This document shows positions 1-12,026 of a stretch of DNA of 64,000 bases, one piece after another. Location of the stretch: positions 124,001 to 188,000 of the forward strand of contig NC_043004.1 of the NCBI RefSeq assembly GCF_006345805.1. The letters run 5' to 3'. The stretch comes from Octopus sinensis (lineage: Eukaryota). Numbering within the stretch: the stretch's first letter is position 1; each line of letters begins with the position of its first letter. Below the pieces are notes generated by a model. The model saw nothing but the letters and a program-made list of their open reading frames with translations. It had not been told where the DNA came from and ran no database searches. The position numbers were made by a program, and so were the translations under genes.

Positions 1-111
1 AGAAAGCAAAAAAGCATAATTAAAAATGAGTTAATTCTTTGAGTATTAATACTTTCAGTCGTATGACTGTGGCCACACTGGAGCACTTGTAGCAGCCGAT
101 CTTCCTTGAAT

Positions 112-275
112 GCGCAGGAGTGGCTGTGTGGTAAGTAGCTTGCTTACCAACCACATGGTTCCGGGTTCATTCCCACTCCGTGGCAACTTGGGCAAGTGTC
201 TTCTACTATAGCCTCGGGCCGACCAAAGCCTTGTGAGTGAATTTGGTAGACGGAAACTGAAAGAAGCCCGTCGTA

Positions 276-317
<42 letters not shown>

Positions 318-541
318 ATATATACATGTGTGTGTATATGTTTGTCACGACAACATCGCTTGACAACCGATGCTGGTGTGTTTGCGTCCCCGTAACTTAG
401 CGGTTCGGCAAAAGAGACCGATAGAATAAGTACTAGGCTTACAAAGAATAAGTCCTGGGGTCGATTTGCTCGACTAAAGGCGGTGCCCAGCATGGCCGCA
501 GTCAAATGACTGAAACAAGTAAAAGAGAAAAGAGAAAAAGA
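112..541 (+). mobile_element. SINE family A, full length (tRNA-like head, body, internal (TA)n/(TG)n tract, 3' module, (AAAGAG)n tail)
   Basis: A box TGGCTGTGTGG and B box GGTTCATTCC; body GGCAAGTGTCTTCTACTATAGCC...GGAAACTGAAAGAAGCCCGTCG; roughly 19 full or partial copies in the window. Confidence 0.9.
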
Positions 542-755
542 GAATGGTTGACTGGTTCGATATCGTCGTTCGGTATTTACTAAGGGTCCCTTTATATTTT
601 TCATTCCTTAAGACATGCAATTGGATAGTTGAGGACCTCTAAATATCAGGCTGGTAGGATCTTTTCTCTTTGGCAACCAATTTTCAATCTCATCAATTCT
701 TGCTCGAAATGATTTCATATTCTGTGTAATGATATGGTTTTATATGCTCTTTTAC

Positions 756-1166
756 CCTTTACTCTTTTACTTGTTTCAGTCATTTGACTGTGGCCATGCT
801 GGAGCACCGCCTCTAGTCGAGCAAATCGACCCCAGGACTTATTCTTTGTAAGCCTAGTTCTTATTCTATCGGTCTCTTTTTGGCCGAACCGCTAGATTAC
901 GGGGACGTAAACACACCAGCATTGGTTGTCAAGCGATATTGGAGGAGACAAACACAGACACACAAACATATACACACACATACATATACACATACATATA
1001 TACGACGGGCTTCTTTCAGTTTCTGTCTACCAAATTCACTCACAAGGCTTTGGTCGGCCCGAGGTTATAGTAGAAGACACTTGCCCAATGTGCCATGCAG
1101 TGGGACTGAACCCGGAACCATGTAGTTCGTAAGCAAGCTACTTACCACACAGCCACTCCTACGCCT
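756..1166 (-). mobile_element. SINE family A, full length
   Basis: Reverse complement of the 112-541 element. Confidence 0.9.
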
Positions 1167-1194
1167 ATATACACACACACACACACAACACACA

Positions 1195-1234
<40 letters not shown>

Positions 1235-1286
1235 CTATATATATATAATATGTGTATGTATATGTATATATATATATATTATATAT

Positions 1287-2200
1287 ATATGTTAATAAAA
1301 TAGAACATATGCATATATATAAACATATATGTACGTACCTACCTCTACATGTACATATACACGCATATATGTGTACAGGACACCAAAAAGACGTCGAACA
1401 CATAGAGAGACGAAAAACATAGACACAAACCAAGGAACAGGACAAGCAAAAAAGAAAAAAAGAGATACAGGACAATAACACAACGAAAAACCCCTTCTTC
1501 AGTCGCTAAGGTTTCATCTACTCTACGTTTCGAATGATAAAAGCGAGACGTATACTTCTGAAGAAACTTCCTTCCTGCGAAAAGCAAATCAATTAAAATT
1601 CTGAGATCTTTTCGCAGAGGGGTAAAAAATGGTAAAAAAAAAAAAGACGGTAACGACAGTACAAACATATAAACAGTAAAAAAAAATTATATATAAACAG
1701 TTGAAAAATAAATATATAACAGTGAGAGACAGGACAAGGAGAACAAGATAGAAGGGCTGTTTACGCCAGACGAAAAAAGTAATGCAAAAGCTGGATTATA
1801 GTGGACGACGAGAGAGAAAGAATGTCGACCAGTGGCCTTAGAAGGCGGGCGAGAAAAGACAGGATAGCAGTTACGACGGAAGTATCGTCGCAGATGGACG
1901 ACGGAATGGGGGAGGAGGAGCAAGAGGAAGAGAGAGAAGAAGGGGAATGGTGCGAGGAGACCATGAAGAATGGTGAGGGGGAGAGAGAGATGAAGAATGA
2001 GAGAGAGAGGAAGAGACAAGTTAAGTGAGGGAAAAAGACGAAAAAGGGAATGGGAGAGAAGAAAGAAAGATGCAGAGTCGCGTGAGAGTTAATATCAAGG
2101 CTAACTTGATAAACAGAACAATCTTACTTAATAGGGTGCGTGCGTTTAGTCGTATAATATGTTAATAAAATAGAACATATGCATATATATAAACATATAT
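1287..2200. repeat. 44-bp exact direct repeat (1287-1330 and 2157-2200) flanking the family E element
   Basis: ATATGTTAATAAAATAGAACATATGCATATATATAAACATATAT occurs on both sides. Confidence 0.9.
1331..2156 (-). mobile_element. Non-coding GA/CT-rich element (family E), putative non-autonomous Penelope-like derivative
   Basis: Homologous blocks shared with 13828-14470 and 7050-7215 (CCTGCGAA...AATTAAAATT...GAGG; CTTCAG...CATCTACTC...TTTCG); bounded by a 44-bp direct repeat. Confidence 0.5.
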
Positions 2201-2204
2201 ACAA

Positions 2205-2440
2205 GTGTGTGTGTGTATTTTTGTCTGTATTAGTTACCACCACTCCAGCCACTTGTACTGCTTTGTTTGTGTCACCTTAACTATGTAGTTCGGCAAAACA
2301 AACCGATAAAATAAGTACAAGACTTTGGGGAAAAAAATACATAAGTACTGGGGTTGATTTGTTTAACTAAAATCTTTCACGGCATTGCCCCAGCATGGCC
2401 GCAGCCGAATGACTGAAACAAGTGAAAGATAAAAAAAAGA
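2205..2440 (+). mobile_element. SINE family A, diverged 3' half
   Basis: GTTCGGCAAAA...CCGATAAAATAAGTAC...CCCAGCATGGCCGCAG...GACTGAAACAAG. Confidence 0.75.
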
Positions 2441-2962
2441 TGAAACAAAAAATAGCATGTGTGTTGTTTGAAACATGTAGACGGCTAAGGAGAAACATGA
2501 GACCGAAATAACAAAACCCCTCGATCTAATAATGATGAACCGCCAAAAGTCAGCGACAGAAAACAGCAGAAGAACTGAATAAAAAGATAAGTAGAAAACA
2601 AGGAGATTTAAATAAACATATAAACATCATAGAGACAACAATTTGACGAAAGAAACTATTTAAATTTGCTAATAAGAAAATAAACATTTTTTTGTTTTCA
2701 AAATGTAGAAGAATTGTTTGTTGAGGGAATTTATTAAAAGTGCATGTGTTAAAGTGTTTCTGCTTTTCTGTGGTGCTATTGTTATTTTGTTGTTGTTTTA
2801 ATATTCTGTCGGTGCTTTTCTTCTGTTGCTATGCACGTATCTAAGATGCATTACAGAAGGGTTTGAGACGTTTTGGCATAGACGCTTATCTGGCGTTGCT
2901 GGTTCGATGCTGACTTTTATGACATCCGACGTTTTAATATTTACACAACACACACACACACA

Positions 2963-3018
<56 letters not shown>

Positions 3019-3039
3019 ACACACACACACACATATATA

Positions 3040-3205
3040 TATACGACAGGCTTCTTTCAAGTTCCGTCTGCCAAATCTACTCACTAGGCTTTATTCGGCC
3101 CGAGGTTATAGTAGAAGTTACTTGTCAAGGTTCCACGCAGTGGGACTGAATGCAGAACCAAGTGGTTGGGAAGCGAGCTTACCACATAGCTGCGCCTGCG
3201 CCTGT
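3040..3205 (-). mobile_element. SINE family A, 5' half
   Basis: CGACAGGCTTCTTTCAAGTTCCGTCTGCC...GTGGGACTGAA...GCCTGCGCCT. Confidence 0.75.
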
Positions 3206-4179
3206 TTATTTATTTATCTATTACCTTATGATGAATGTGATGTGATTTGAGGGAAGTGATTTAGCTCCAGCTTCTAGCAGATCGATGCCTCGTTGATTCC
3301 CCCAACGTGCTGTTATTATTTAACCCGCTCTACTCCTCCCTTTGTCAGACCAGAGTGAATCCGCCTATAATCAGACGTTCCGGCCGTGGCTAACCCCACC
3401 CCAGAGATAATTCATCTAAGCATGTAAATGTCACGTACTGCAAAGTCAAATACATTCTTTCTCTCCTTAAGATGGCAGAATGTGATTTCAGGAAAATTGG
3501 CTGCTATTTCTAGCTTGCCAGCGTCTGTTTTATTCTGTTAAGCGTTGATGTGACTGCGAGTGGTTTTGCGGGTCAGACAATGATAATGTGAGGGTCTACA
3601 GTGATTATAGGGGTCAAGTAGAGTGTTTGCTTTGGTCAGTACAGGTTGTATAGGTTTTTCTTTCACTCTCTCTATCTCTACTTCTGCCTCACTGTTTCCC
3701 TGTTTTCTATCTCAGTCTCTCTGTCTCTCTGCTTATTCTCTCTCTTTCTTTCTCTTTCTGTCTCTCCTTCTCTCTCTTTTTTTCTCTCTTTCTCTCTCTT
3801 TAAGGCTTTTACGATACTTTCGTGTGCAGCGAAGCGAAGTGAGTTTTATTTACAAGTTTATTGACAGCAAAATTAAGAGACATTTAAAGACATTGGTGAG
3901 GGGAGGAGAAAGGCGTGGTGTGTGTGTGTATGTCGGGGATGGAGTTTGAGGTGGAGGTGATGTTGGTGTGTAATGAGGAGAACGATAAGAGATTTATAAG
4001 TGAAATGTGAGAGGAAAAAGTGAAAGAGTTACACAGGAAATGATAATTGCTCCAACTTCACGGCACATTGCTAAACAGCGTCGAGTCAATGAGAGATCCT
4101 TTGTATGGTCGATCGACTTCCTAGAAATAGCAGGCAAAATTTTTCTCAAATTACACTTTTATCATTTTATCTTGTATCT

Positions 4180-4372
4180 TTGTCTTTTACTTGTTTCAGT
4201 CATTGGACTGCAGCCATGCTGGGGCACAACCTTGAAGTTTTAGTCGAGTAAATCGACACTAGAAATTAGTTTTTAAAGGCTGGTACTTATTCAATCTCAT
4301 TCAAGTTACGGGGACATAAATGAGCCAATACCGGTTGTCTAGCGGTAGGGGGAATCGACACAAATACAAACA

Positions 4373-4417
<45 letters not shown>

Positions 4418-4592
4418 AGGCACAGATACATCGGGCTTCTTTCAGTTTCCGTCTACCAAATCAACTCACAAGGCTTCGGTCGACACGAAACCATAGTAGA
4501 AGACACGTGCGCAAGGTGCCACGCAATGGGACTGAACCCGGAACCATGTGGCTGGGAAGCAAGCTTCTTATACCACAGCCACGCTTGCCCCT
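4180..4592 (-). mobile_element. SINE family A, diverged full length with (CA)n core
   Basis: Matches family A along its whole length. Confidence 0.8.
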
Positions 4593-4674
4593 ATTGTAAA
4601 AACAAAAAAAAGTGGAGGGGGTGGTGAGAAAGAGAAGGACTAATCGGATATAAAAACGTTTCAAATTTTATCAT

Positions 4675-4839
4675 AGGCGTAGTAGTGGATGTATGGTAAG
4701 TAGTTTGCTTACAAACCACAAGGTTCTGGGTTCAGTCCCACTGCGTGGCACCTTGGGCAAGTGTCTTCTACTATAGCCTCGGGTGACCAAAGTTTTGTGA
4801 GTGAATTTGGTAGACGGAAACTGAAAGAAGCCCGTCGTG

Positions 4840-4905
<66 letters not shown>

Positions 4906-5044
4906 AGATTAATCAGCCGAAATGCTAAGATGATCTGGTTCTTGACTGATGACTGAGGGCTTCGAATGTCCCGTCCTGTGGTTCTTGTGTCGTCTCTGTG
5001 GTGTTTCATGTTCTTGTCCATGTCTGTAATTATTTTACTGTTTA

Positions 5045-5085
<41 letters not shown>

Positions 5086-5320
5086 TATATGTGTGTGTAT
5101 GTGTGTGTGTGTGTGTCTTTGCCACCCCCCAACATCGCTTGATAACCGATGCTGGCGTTTACATTCCCGTAACTTAGCGGTTCGGTAAAAGTGACCGATA
5201 AAATAAGTACTAGGCTTACAAAGAATAAGTCCTGGGGTCGATTTGCTCGACTAAAGGTGGTACTACAGTATGGCCACAGTCAAATGACTGAAACAAGTAG
5301 AAGAGAATAAAGAGTAAGAC
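4675..5320 (+). mobile_element. SINE family A interrupted in its (TA)n tract by a family F fragment
   Basis: 5' half 4675-4850, 3' half 5100-5320; insert flanked by (TA)n on both sides. Confidence 0.85.
4903..5045 (+). mobile_element. Family F element, 5'-truncated
   Basis: CAAGATTAATCAGCCGAAA...GGTTCTTGACTGATGA...GGCTTCGAATGTCC matches 55520-55590. Confidence 0.7.
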
Positions 5321-5334
5321 CAGCAGTTTTACGG

Positions 5335-5520
5335 AAGTGGTGGGGGCTTGTTGATTTCAACATTCCCGGGACTTGAGTGGTACTTTATTTTATCGATCTC
5401 GAGATGATGAAACGCAAGGTCAACCTCGGCGGAATATGAACCCAGAGCATGAACAGCGGGAAAAAACGTCGCTAAGTATTTTGTTCGACACACTAATGGT
5501 TCTACCAGTTGGATGTCATT
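5335..5520 (-). mobile_element. SINE family C, diverged
   Basis: GTACTTTATTTTATCGATC...AAGGTCAACCTCGGCGGAAT...GAACCCAG. Confidence 0.7.
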
Positions 5521-6009
5521 TATAGTCTCAAATTTTGGCACGGGATCGTCAGTATTAAAGGCGTGAGGAGGTGTTAGTCTGATAAAGATGAAAAAGAAGA
5601 AGAAAAGAAGAAAAAAGAAAAAAAAACAAACAAAAAACCGACGGTATAGTCACTACTGAAACAATGGCTATCGCTACTTGATCAGGACTGACCAGGGGGT
5701 AACAGCAACAACAACAAAAGCGTCAGCAGCAGCAGCAGCAGCAGCAGCAATATAATGATAACAACATCAACAACTGTGAAGAGGCGTGAATGGCTATTGA
5801 TGTAAGCGATGAGAAGAATATAGGGGGAAGGGAAGAATGGGGGGGGGTGAAAGGTTAATGGAAGCATAGGAATGAAATGAAAGATTTATTTATTGCTAGG
5901 CATGAATGGGAGTAGCAGCAGCAGCCGCAGCAGCATCACCTTTTTAAACAGGTTCTAATATTGGGTTCACATTTTAAAAACAAGGACAGCAAGTGTGAGG
6001 GACAGCAAG

Positions 6010-6180
6010 TGCAAGTCTATTACATCGACCCGAATGTTCAACTGGTACTTGTTTCATTGACCCCGAAAGGACGGCAAGTAAAGTGGACCTCGGCGGAATT
6101 CAGACTCAGAACTCAAAGACGAAATGCCGCTAAGCATTTTGCTCCGGCGCGATAACGATACTGCCAGCTCGTCGCCTTAA
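6010..6180 (-). mobile_element. SINE family C
   Basis: CAACTGGTACTT...GACCCCGAAAGGA...GACCTCGGCGGAATT...GCCAGCTCGTCGCC. Confidence 0.75.
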
Positions 6181-6254
6181 GTGAAAAAATATGGAACGTT
6201 TCTCGAATTTGTGTGTCATCATTGCGCGGGGGACGGGGACGATGCAAATTTCTG

Positions 6255-6527
6255 TATCGATCAAATTTTAGTACATGTACGACCGAAGCTAAATTCCAAT
6301 ATTAGTCGTGGCTTTTTAAAGGCAAAATACAGCTATTGAAGGTTTCCTGGTCGAAATATTAATTTATTTCACAATTTTTCACCAAAATACAGCTATTGAA
6401 GGTTTCCTGGTCGAAATTAATTTATTTCACAATTTTTCACCATATATATATATATATATAAAGCTACGACTAATATTAGAATTTTTGTACTTGCTTCGGT
6501 CGTACATGTACTAAAATTTGATCGATA
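6255..6527. repeat. Inverted-repeat (MITE-like or fold-back) element with an internal tandem duplication of about 58 bp
   Basis: Perfect 35-bp outer arms TATCGATCAAATTTTAGTACATGTACGACCGAAGC plus about 25-bp inner arms with 2 mismatches; ends in TA. Confidence 0.8.
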
Positions 6528-6569
6528 TATATATGACATGCGTATGTCATTACACCTTCTTTATATATA

Positions 6570-6970
6570 TAGATTTCATGAAACCATCATCGTTCTCTTC
6601 TCCACATCCGCTAGGCCCCACCTCGAATTCTGCTGCCCTTTGTGGTCCCCCTACGAAAAACAAGACATAATGAGGATCGAAGCATCACAAAGATATATCA
6701 CAAAAATAATAAATGGCATAATAGGACTTGATTATTGGGCTCGACTTAAACTGCTGGAGCTCTATTCTCTGTGAAGCTCCATTCCACGTGGAAAATATTC
6801 CACCAATATTATCCAAATGATATTGGTATTATGTTTACAATTCACCCAAGACTAGGCCCCCGTGCTATGCGTCCCCTACAAAGGTCGAGTTCACATCACA
6901 TAAGAAAATTGTGACACAATTTCTTCACTGCAAATGGTCCTGCACTTTTCAATGTTATCCCAAAAGAAAT
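6570..6970 (+). pseudogene. CR1/L2-like LINE, 3' fragment of the reverse transcriptase region
   Basis: ORF 6538-6774 ...ARPHLEFCCPLWSPYEKQDIMRIEASQRYITK...DYWARLKLLELYSL matches the CR1-type C-terminal pattern; continues to NFFTANGPALFNVIP. Confidence 0.75.
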
Positions 6971-6989
6971 ATATATATAGTTCAAATTT

Positions 6990-7215
6990 AGAGAAAAACA
7001 AAAGACGAAGGCAGGTGTAGAAACAACAAGCAATTGTATTAGTTTGATGCTGTCCCAACTTTGACCCTCCATAAATCCTAAATTTTATTTTAGAATTTAT
7101 AGGCGAAACTGTCTTTGAAAACTCGTGTTGTTGAATGCCCGAAATGAGGAGTAGATAGACAGCCGACAACTGATGAAGGGTTCTTTCTCTGTGCGAGAAG
7201 TAAACAGCAGCAGTA
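6990..7215 (+). mobile_element. Chimeric junction: family D end joined to a family E segment
   Basis: 6995-7050 matches 43060-43110; 7050-7190 is the reverse complement homolog of 13955-14090. Confidence 0.6.
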
Positions 7216-7813
7216 CGGAATCGTATCACGTTGTACGAGCGCTAATCATTATTTTATCGGTCACGTCTTTACAATGAACCAGATTTTCATTCACTTCTCC
7301 TGCTTACCTGGTTAAATTCCCTGATTCTGCCTCTTCTTCCATTAAAACTAACTTTTTCACAATTTAACACAGCTGGATACCCCGACCTGCAAAATCGCCA
7401 TCTTGTTCATATTATCTTTACATGCTTTAACATTCCTTCCATTGTTACAAGTATAATTCTCGTCGGCGGCCATTTTAAAATCGGTTAAAAGGAAAGGTGG
7501 GGGGGGGTCACGTCAGTATTAAATGTAAACAAGCTTCCCATTAAGACATCGGCAAAACAATTAAAGAAAGAAGCAAAGGAAGAAATAATCAACGCACCAA
7601 CAATAAATACAAGAAATGAAAATATAATTATGATAAATAAGAAGCAGAGAATAATGATGGTTATTGGTAGGTTGCGTGAGGCGATGATATCTCTTGTTTG
7701 TAATGCCTTCTTCATAGCGTCGTTTCAAAGAATAATTAGAGAAGATGCAACATCAAATTTTTCGGCGAAGCAATAATACTAACAAATGATGTTTCTTTAA
7801 AATGTTTTCTTAT

Positions 7814-7852
7814 AGTCCTAGTTTCGCCTATTCTGAAGGCATCGTCAGCAGT
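7814..7852 (-). ncRNA. Degenerate minimal hammerhead motif
   Basis: Minus strand CTGACGA-T-GCCT(TCAGAAT)AGGC-GAAA-CTAGG: core and stem II intact, U16.1 and stem I broken. Confidence 0.45.
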
Positions 7853-8329
7853 GACTGTTCAAACGGTCAATGGTTTGACTAAATTCAACTAGTATATTAT
7901 TTTTACCATAAAAATCTATTACTGGTTTAGGGAAATGCTAATGCGTATACTAGCAATTAATATAAATAGCTAGGTGCAATAAAATACCATAAAGGAAAAA
8001 TGTAATCGTCACCAAATGGGACTAAGCAAGGGTTGACCTGCTTTCTCTTCGGCGGGTCTTACGAATAGCAAAAAACCACGTACCGGACTTCTCCCACTAC
8101 AGACAATCCTGAGGTGCGATCTTGCGAGCTCTGGGACGATGATCGCTTCGCTCAACAAATAAACAAACAAACAAACAAGCAGCAGCAGCATTAGCATCTC
8201 CATTATCGTCGTCGTCATCACCATCAAACCCTGGGCATTACTGTCTTGAGTTTTAGGACTCATAGGGCCGGTTATCTGGTTCTTGTGGGTATAAGTGACC
8301 AAGATCACAATATTCTCCTTGAATGGAAC

Positions 8330-8450
8330 ACCAGTCAGTCGCAGGATTATTTATTTACAGCCAAGAGCACAACGCACCACCTGATCCGGGAATCGAAACA
8401 GCAATTTTGTGATTGTGAATGTAACGCCCCAACCATTGAGCCATACGCCC
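8330..8450 (-). mobile_element. SINE family B2 head fragment
   Basis: GAGCACAACGC...GGAATCGAAAC...CCATTGAGCCATACGCC is the reverse complement of a tRNA-like head. Confidence 0.6.
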
Positions 8451-8701
8451 TCTCTACTGATATTGCCCGGCTAAAAATATGTTGACATATAGCAGGATCC
8501 CGAAGATGACAAACAACTTAATGAATCGCCCTTCTCTTTATAAAAGCCACGTTCTTTTGCGCCACCTCTGTATAATATTCTTGAACTACTGATTAGGTGT
8601 TGAGAGTTCCGTCATTTAGAATCTTCCGTAGGAAACAGAGATCGAGTAGACGTTACTATTTTGTGATTGATGAGGTCACAGGCGCCACTGGACGCCACGC
8701 A

Positions 8702-8943
8702 GGCGGCGAGCTGGCAGAAACGTTAGCACGCCGGGCGAAATGCGTTGCCGTATTTCGTTTGCCATTACGTTCTAGGTTCAAATTCCGCCGAGGTCGACTT
8801 TGCCTTTCATCCTTTCGGGGTCGATAAATTAAGTATCAGTTATGCACTGGGGTCGATGTAATCGACTTAATCCGTGTGTCTATCCTTGTTTGTCCCCTCT
8901 GTGTTTAGCCCCTTGTGGGTAGTAAAGAAATATATATATGTAT

Positions 8944-8991
<48 letters not shown>

Positions 8992-9280
8992 AAGTAAGGC
9001 GGCGAGCTGGCGGAATCGTTAGCATGCCGGGCGAAATGCTTAATGGTATTTCGTCTGCGTTTCGTTGTGAGTTCGAATTCCGCCGAGGTCGACTTTGCCT
9101 TTCATCCTTTCGGGGTCGATAAATTAAGTACCAGTTACGCACTGGAGTCGATATAATCAACTTAATACCTATGTCTGTCCTTGTTTGTCGCCTCTGTGTT
9201 TAGCCCCTTGTGGGTAATAAAGAAATAGGTATTTCGTCTGCCGCTACGTTCTGAGTTCAAACTCCGCCGAGGTCAACCTT
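8702..9280 (+). mobile_element. Cluster of three family C SINEs (two full, one partial)
   Basis: GGCGGCGAGCTGGCAGAAACGTTAGCACGCCGGGCGAAATGC...GTTCAAATTCCGCCGAGGTCGACTTTGCCTTTCATCCTTTCGGGGTCGATAAATTAAGTACC repeated. Confidence 0.9.
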
Positions 9281-10168
9281 GCCTAACCCTAACCCGTATA
9301 ATACGCGAATATTCCCGGTAGAGGCCAAATCATCTCCACCATATAGCTGTCAACTCATAGCACCAACAACCGGCAGACGATTCCTTTCCTCAAAAACTAC
9401 TTGTAACATTAACTTTGGTTGCTCTCGGCAGTGTTCTTGTTGTTGTTGTTGTTGTTGTAGTGGTGGTGGTGGTTGTGGTGTGGTGATAATGACGGGACTC
9501 ATTATGTTGGTGGTGTTTCAACGTTAAGGAGTCGGGTTGATTTTTATTACAACTCTTAATATTTAATGCATCTTTATATATCTCTAAGCAGCAACGGGCA
9601 CATAAAACTAACACGCTCCTATAATTATACTTTTATTTCTAATCTCATTCTATTGAGGGTATCCATTAGTCCCAGGAGGCAGCTTCGTTTAAATGTGTAA
9701 CTTAAAGCTTAGCTTAATATTTAATTAACGTTAATAATACGTCGAAACTTCTCAATGTAGATTTTTATGGACCGCAGTAAGAAACATTATTTCGCGTTCT
9801 CTAGTTAGTCGCTTTCTATTTGCTTTTTATTTTTCTTTCCTTCTGCTGGGTATGCGTCCAAGATGAATAATATGCTACTTAAAAATTCACATTGAAAGAT
9901 TAACCTGATATATGTACACTTACATATATACGTACATATATACATACATACACACATATACAAACGTACGTACGTGTGTGTGTGTGCATGTGTATAAATA
10001 CATACACACATACGCATCATCGTTATTATCATCATCATCATCATTATTATTATTATTCCTTCGTTACACAGTGTAGGTAAAAATGCACCGGAGTATTTAG
10101 TTATCTGTCAAGTCCCAGCAAGGACTTGACACAGATAAGACGTTCCTTAAGATGTGCGCTGTGCCCGA

Positions 10169-10204
<36 letters not shown>

Positions 10205-10207
<3 letters not shown>

Positions 10208-10415
10208 TTCAAAATTTTAGAAAATTGTGATATCTCCACCAGTATCCAAAGCATGCTTTTGAGGACTCCGTGCAGATGGGTAGAACATGTTGTTCGAATG
10301 CAAGTTGGTCGTATTCCAAAAATTATTTTCTATGACCAACAGGTGGAGGGAATCCGCAGTAAACGAAGACCTTTCTGTGGGTACGACAATAACTTGAAAC
10401 AGTCACTCTAATCCC
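10205..10415 (+). pseudogene. RTE-clade LINE C-terminal fragment
   Basis: SIQSMLLRTPCRWVEHVVRMQVGRIPKIIFY resembles the RTE/BovB 'LRWAGHV.RM...R.PK..LYG' motif. Confidence 0.65.
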
Positions 10416-10458
10416 TATAGATTAATTTAACATCTTGGGAAATTGTCTAGATCAAGGG

Positions 10459-10677
10459 TTACTCTTTTACTTGTTTCAGTCATTTGACTGCGGCCATGCT
10501 GGAGCACCGCCTTTAGTAGAGCAAATCGACCCCGGGACTTATTCTTTGTAAGCCCAGTACTTATTCTATCAGTCTCTTTTGCCGAACCGCTAAGTGACGG
10601 GGACGTAAACACACCAGCATCGATTGTCAAGCAATGCTAGGGGGACAAACACAGACACACAAACATATACACACACA

Positions 10678-10737
<60 letters not shown>

Positions 10738-10897
10738 TACGACAGGCTTCTTTCAGTTTCCGTCTACCAAATCCACTCACAAGGCATTGGTCGGCCCGGG
10801 GCTATAGCAGAAGACACTTGCCCAAGATGCCACGCAGTGGGACTGAACCCGGAACCATGTGGTTGGTTAGCAAGCTACTTACCACACAGCCACTCCT
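10459..10897 (-). mobile_element. SINE family A, full length
   Basis: Near-consensus copy. Confidence 0.9.
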
Positions 10898-11228
10898 CAA
10901 CCATTTTTTATCTATAGATCCCTTTAATTACTATTTTATTCTGGTGGACCTCCATAGTGCCATTCTATGGTTAAAAACTAGTTTTTTTTATCTTTTTTCG
11001 TATTTTGTTTTCCCCCCATTAACTTGTGTAGGCTGAATTATGTAAAATGTTAGAGAAAGAAACTCAGCTGTTTCTTGCAATACATACCAATACATACGTC
11101 TAAAGCAATTTTGTTTCGGGGGCCATTAAAAAAATATTGTGGATCCCTTGTTTACTATTTTGTTGTGTTGAACCCCCCCCGCCCCCCAAAATTGTATGAA
11201 CCCTATGGAGCCCGGTTGCGAACCACTT
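10896..11228. mobile_element. Probable hAT/Charlie-type MITE with its left end overlapped by the SINE
   Basis: Left CTCAACC..., right GGTTGCGAACCACT resembles CAGTGGTTC-type TIRs. Confidence 0.4.
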
Positions 11229-11980
11229 GTCTAGATAGATGTGAGTGGTGTAAAATGAGTGATGACGCATCTAAACGATTTGAGTTGAATAAACAAAACT
11301 ACAAAAGAATAATATGCTGCAACCAACAGACAGTTTTGTCCAATCCATGACAAAATCAGAATCACCATTGTCGCTATTATGTCTTCACAGGAAAAGACAA
11401 ACCAGGACTCAAGTTACGTCCACTCATCCATCACAAATAGATGCAGATTCATTTACTTTTAATCTTTCTTTTTTTTCTTTGTAAATTTTGTCCATCAAAC
11501 ACTCACACGACTAAATCAACGAGGATGACCATCATTATTATTATAAGTAGTAAGAATTTCGAAGTTTCAGCATAAATACAAAGGCGCATAATAAATGTCT
11601 CCGAGAGTGTTACTGATTCCTGCGGTCAAAATTTAGCATCAAATTCAGTAGCATCAAGCAGATGAAAGATAATTCATTCCCTGAGGGCCTGGCTCTTATT
11701 TTTTAACATAGACGCAGGAGTGGCTGTGCAATCAGTAGCTTGCTTACCAACTACATTGTTCCGGGTCCAGTCCCACTACGTGGCACCTTGGGCAAGTGAA
11801 TTTTTATGGTTTATATAACCCCCATGAAATAATTCCATCGATCGGATCTCCTGGATTTCAGCTTGTATAGAACTGCATTATACTCTTCCAATGTGATCTG
11901 CTAGCCGACTCCGCTGGAGGAGCTTTCTGTGATAACCATATGATTTTCTGAACCCATATATTGCAATAAGGATATATACA

Positions 11981-12026
<46 letters not shown>

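Noticed and set aside
206-1132. Recurrent peptides such as RRASFSFRLPNSLTR and EDTCPRCHAVGLNPEPC
   Set aside because: Chance frames through SINE family A, not a gene family
11800-11960. ITLEEYNAVLYKLKS as a LINE RT start
   Set aside because: Too short and decayed to call
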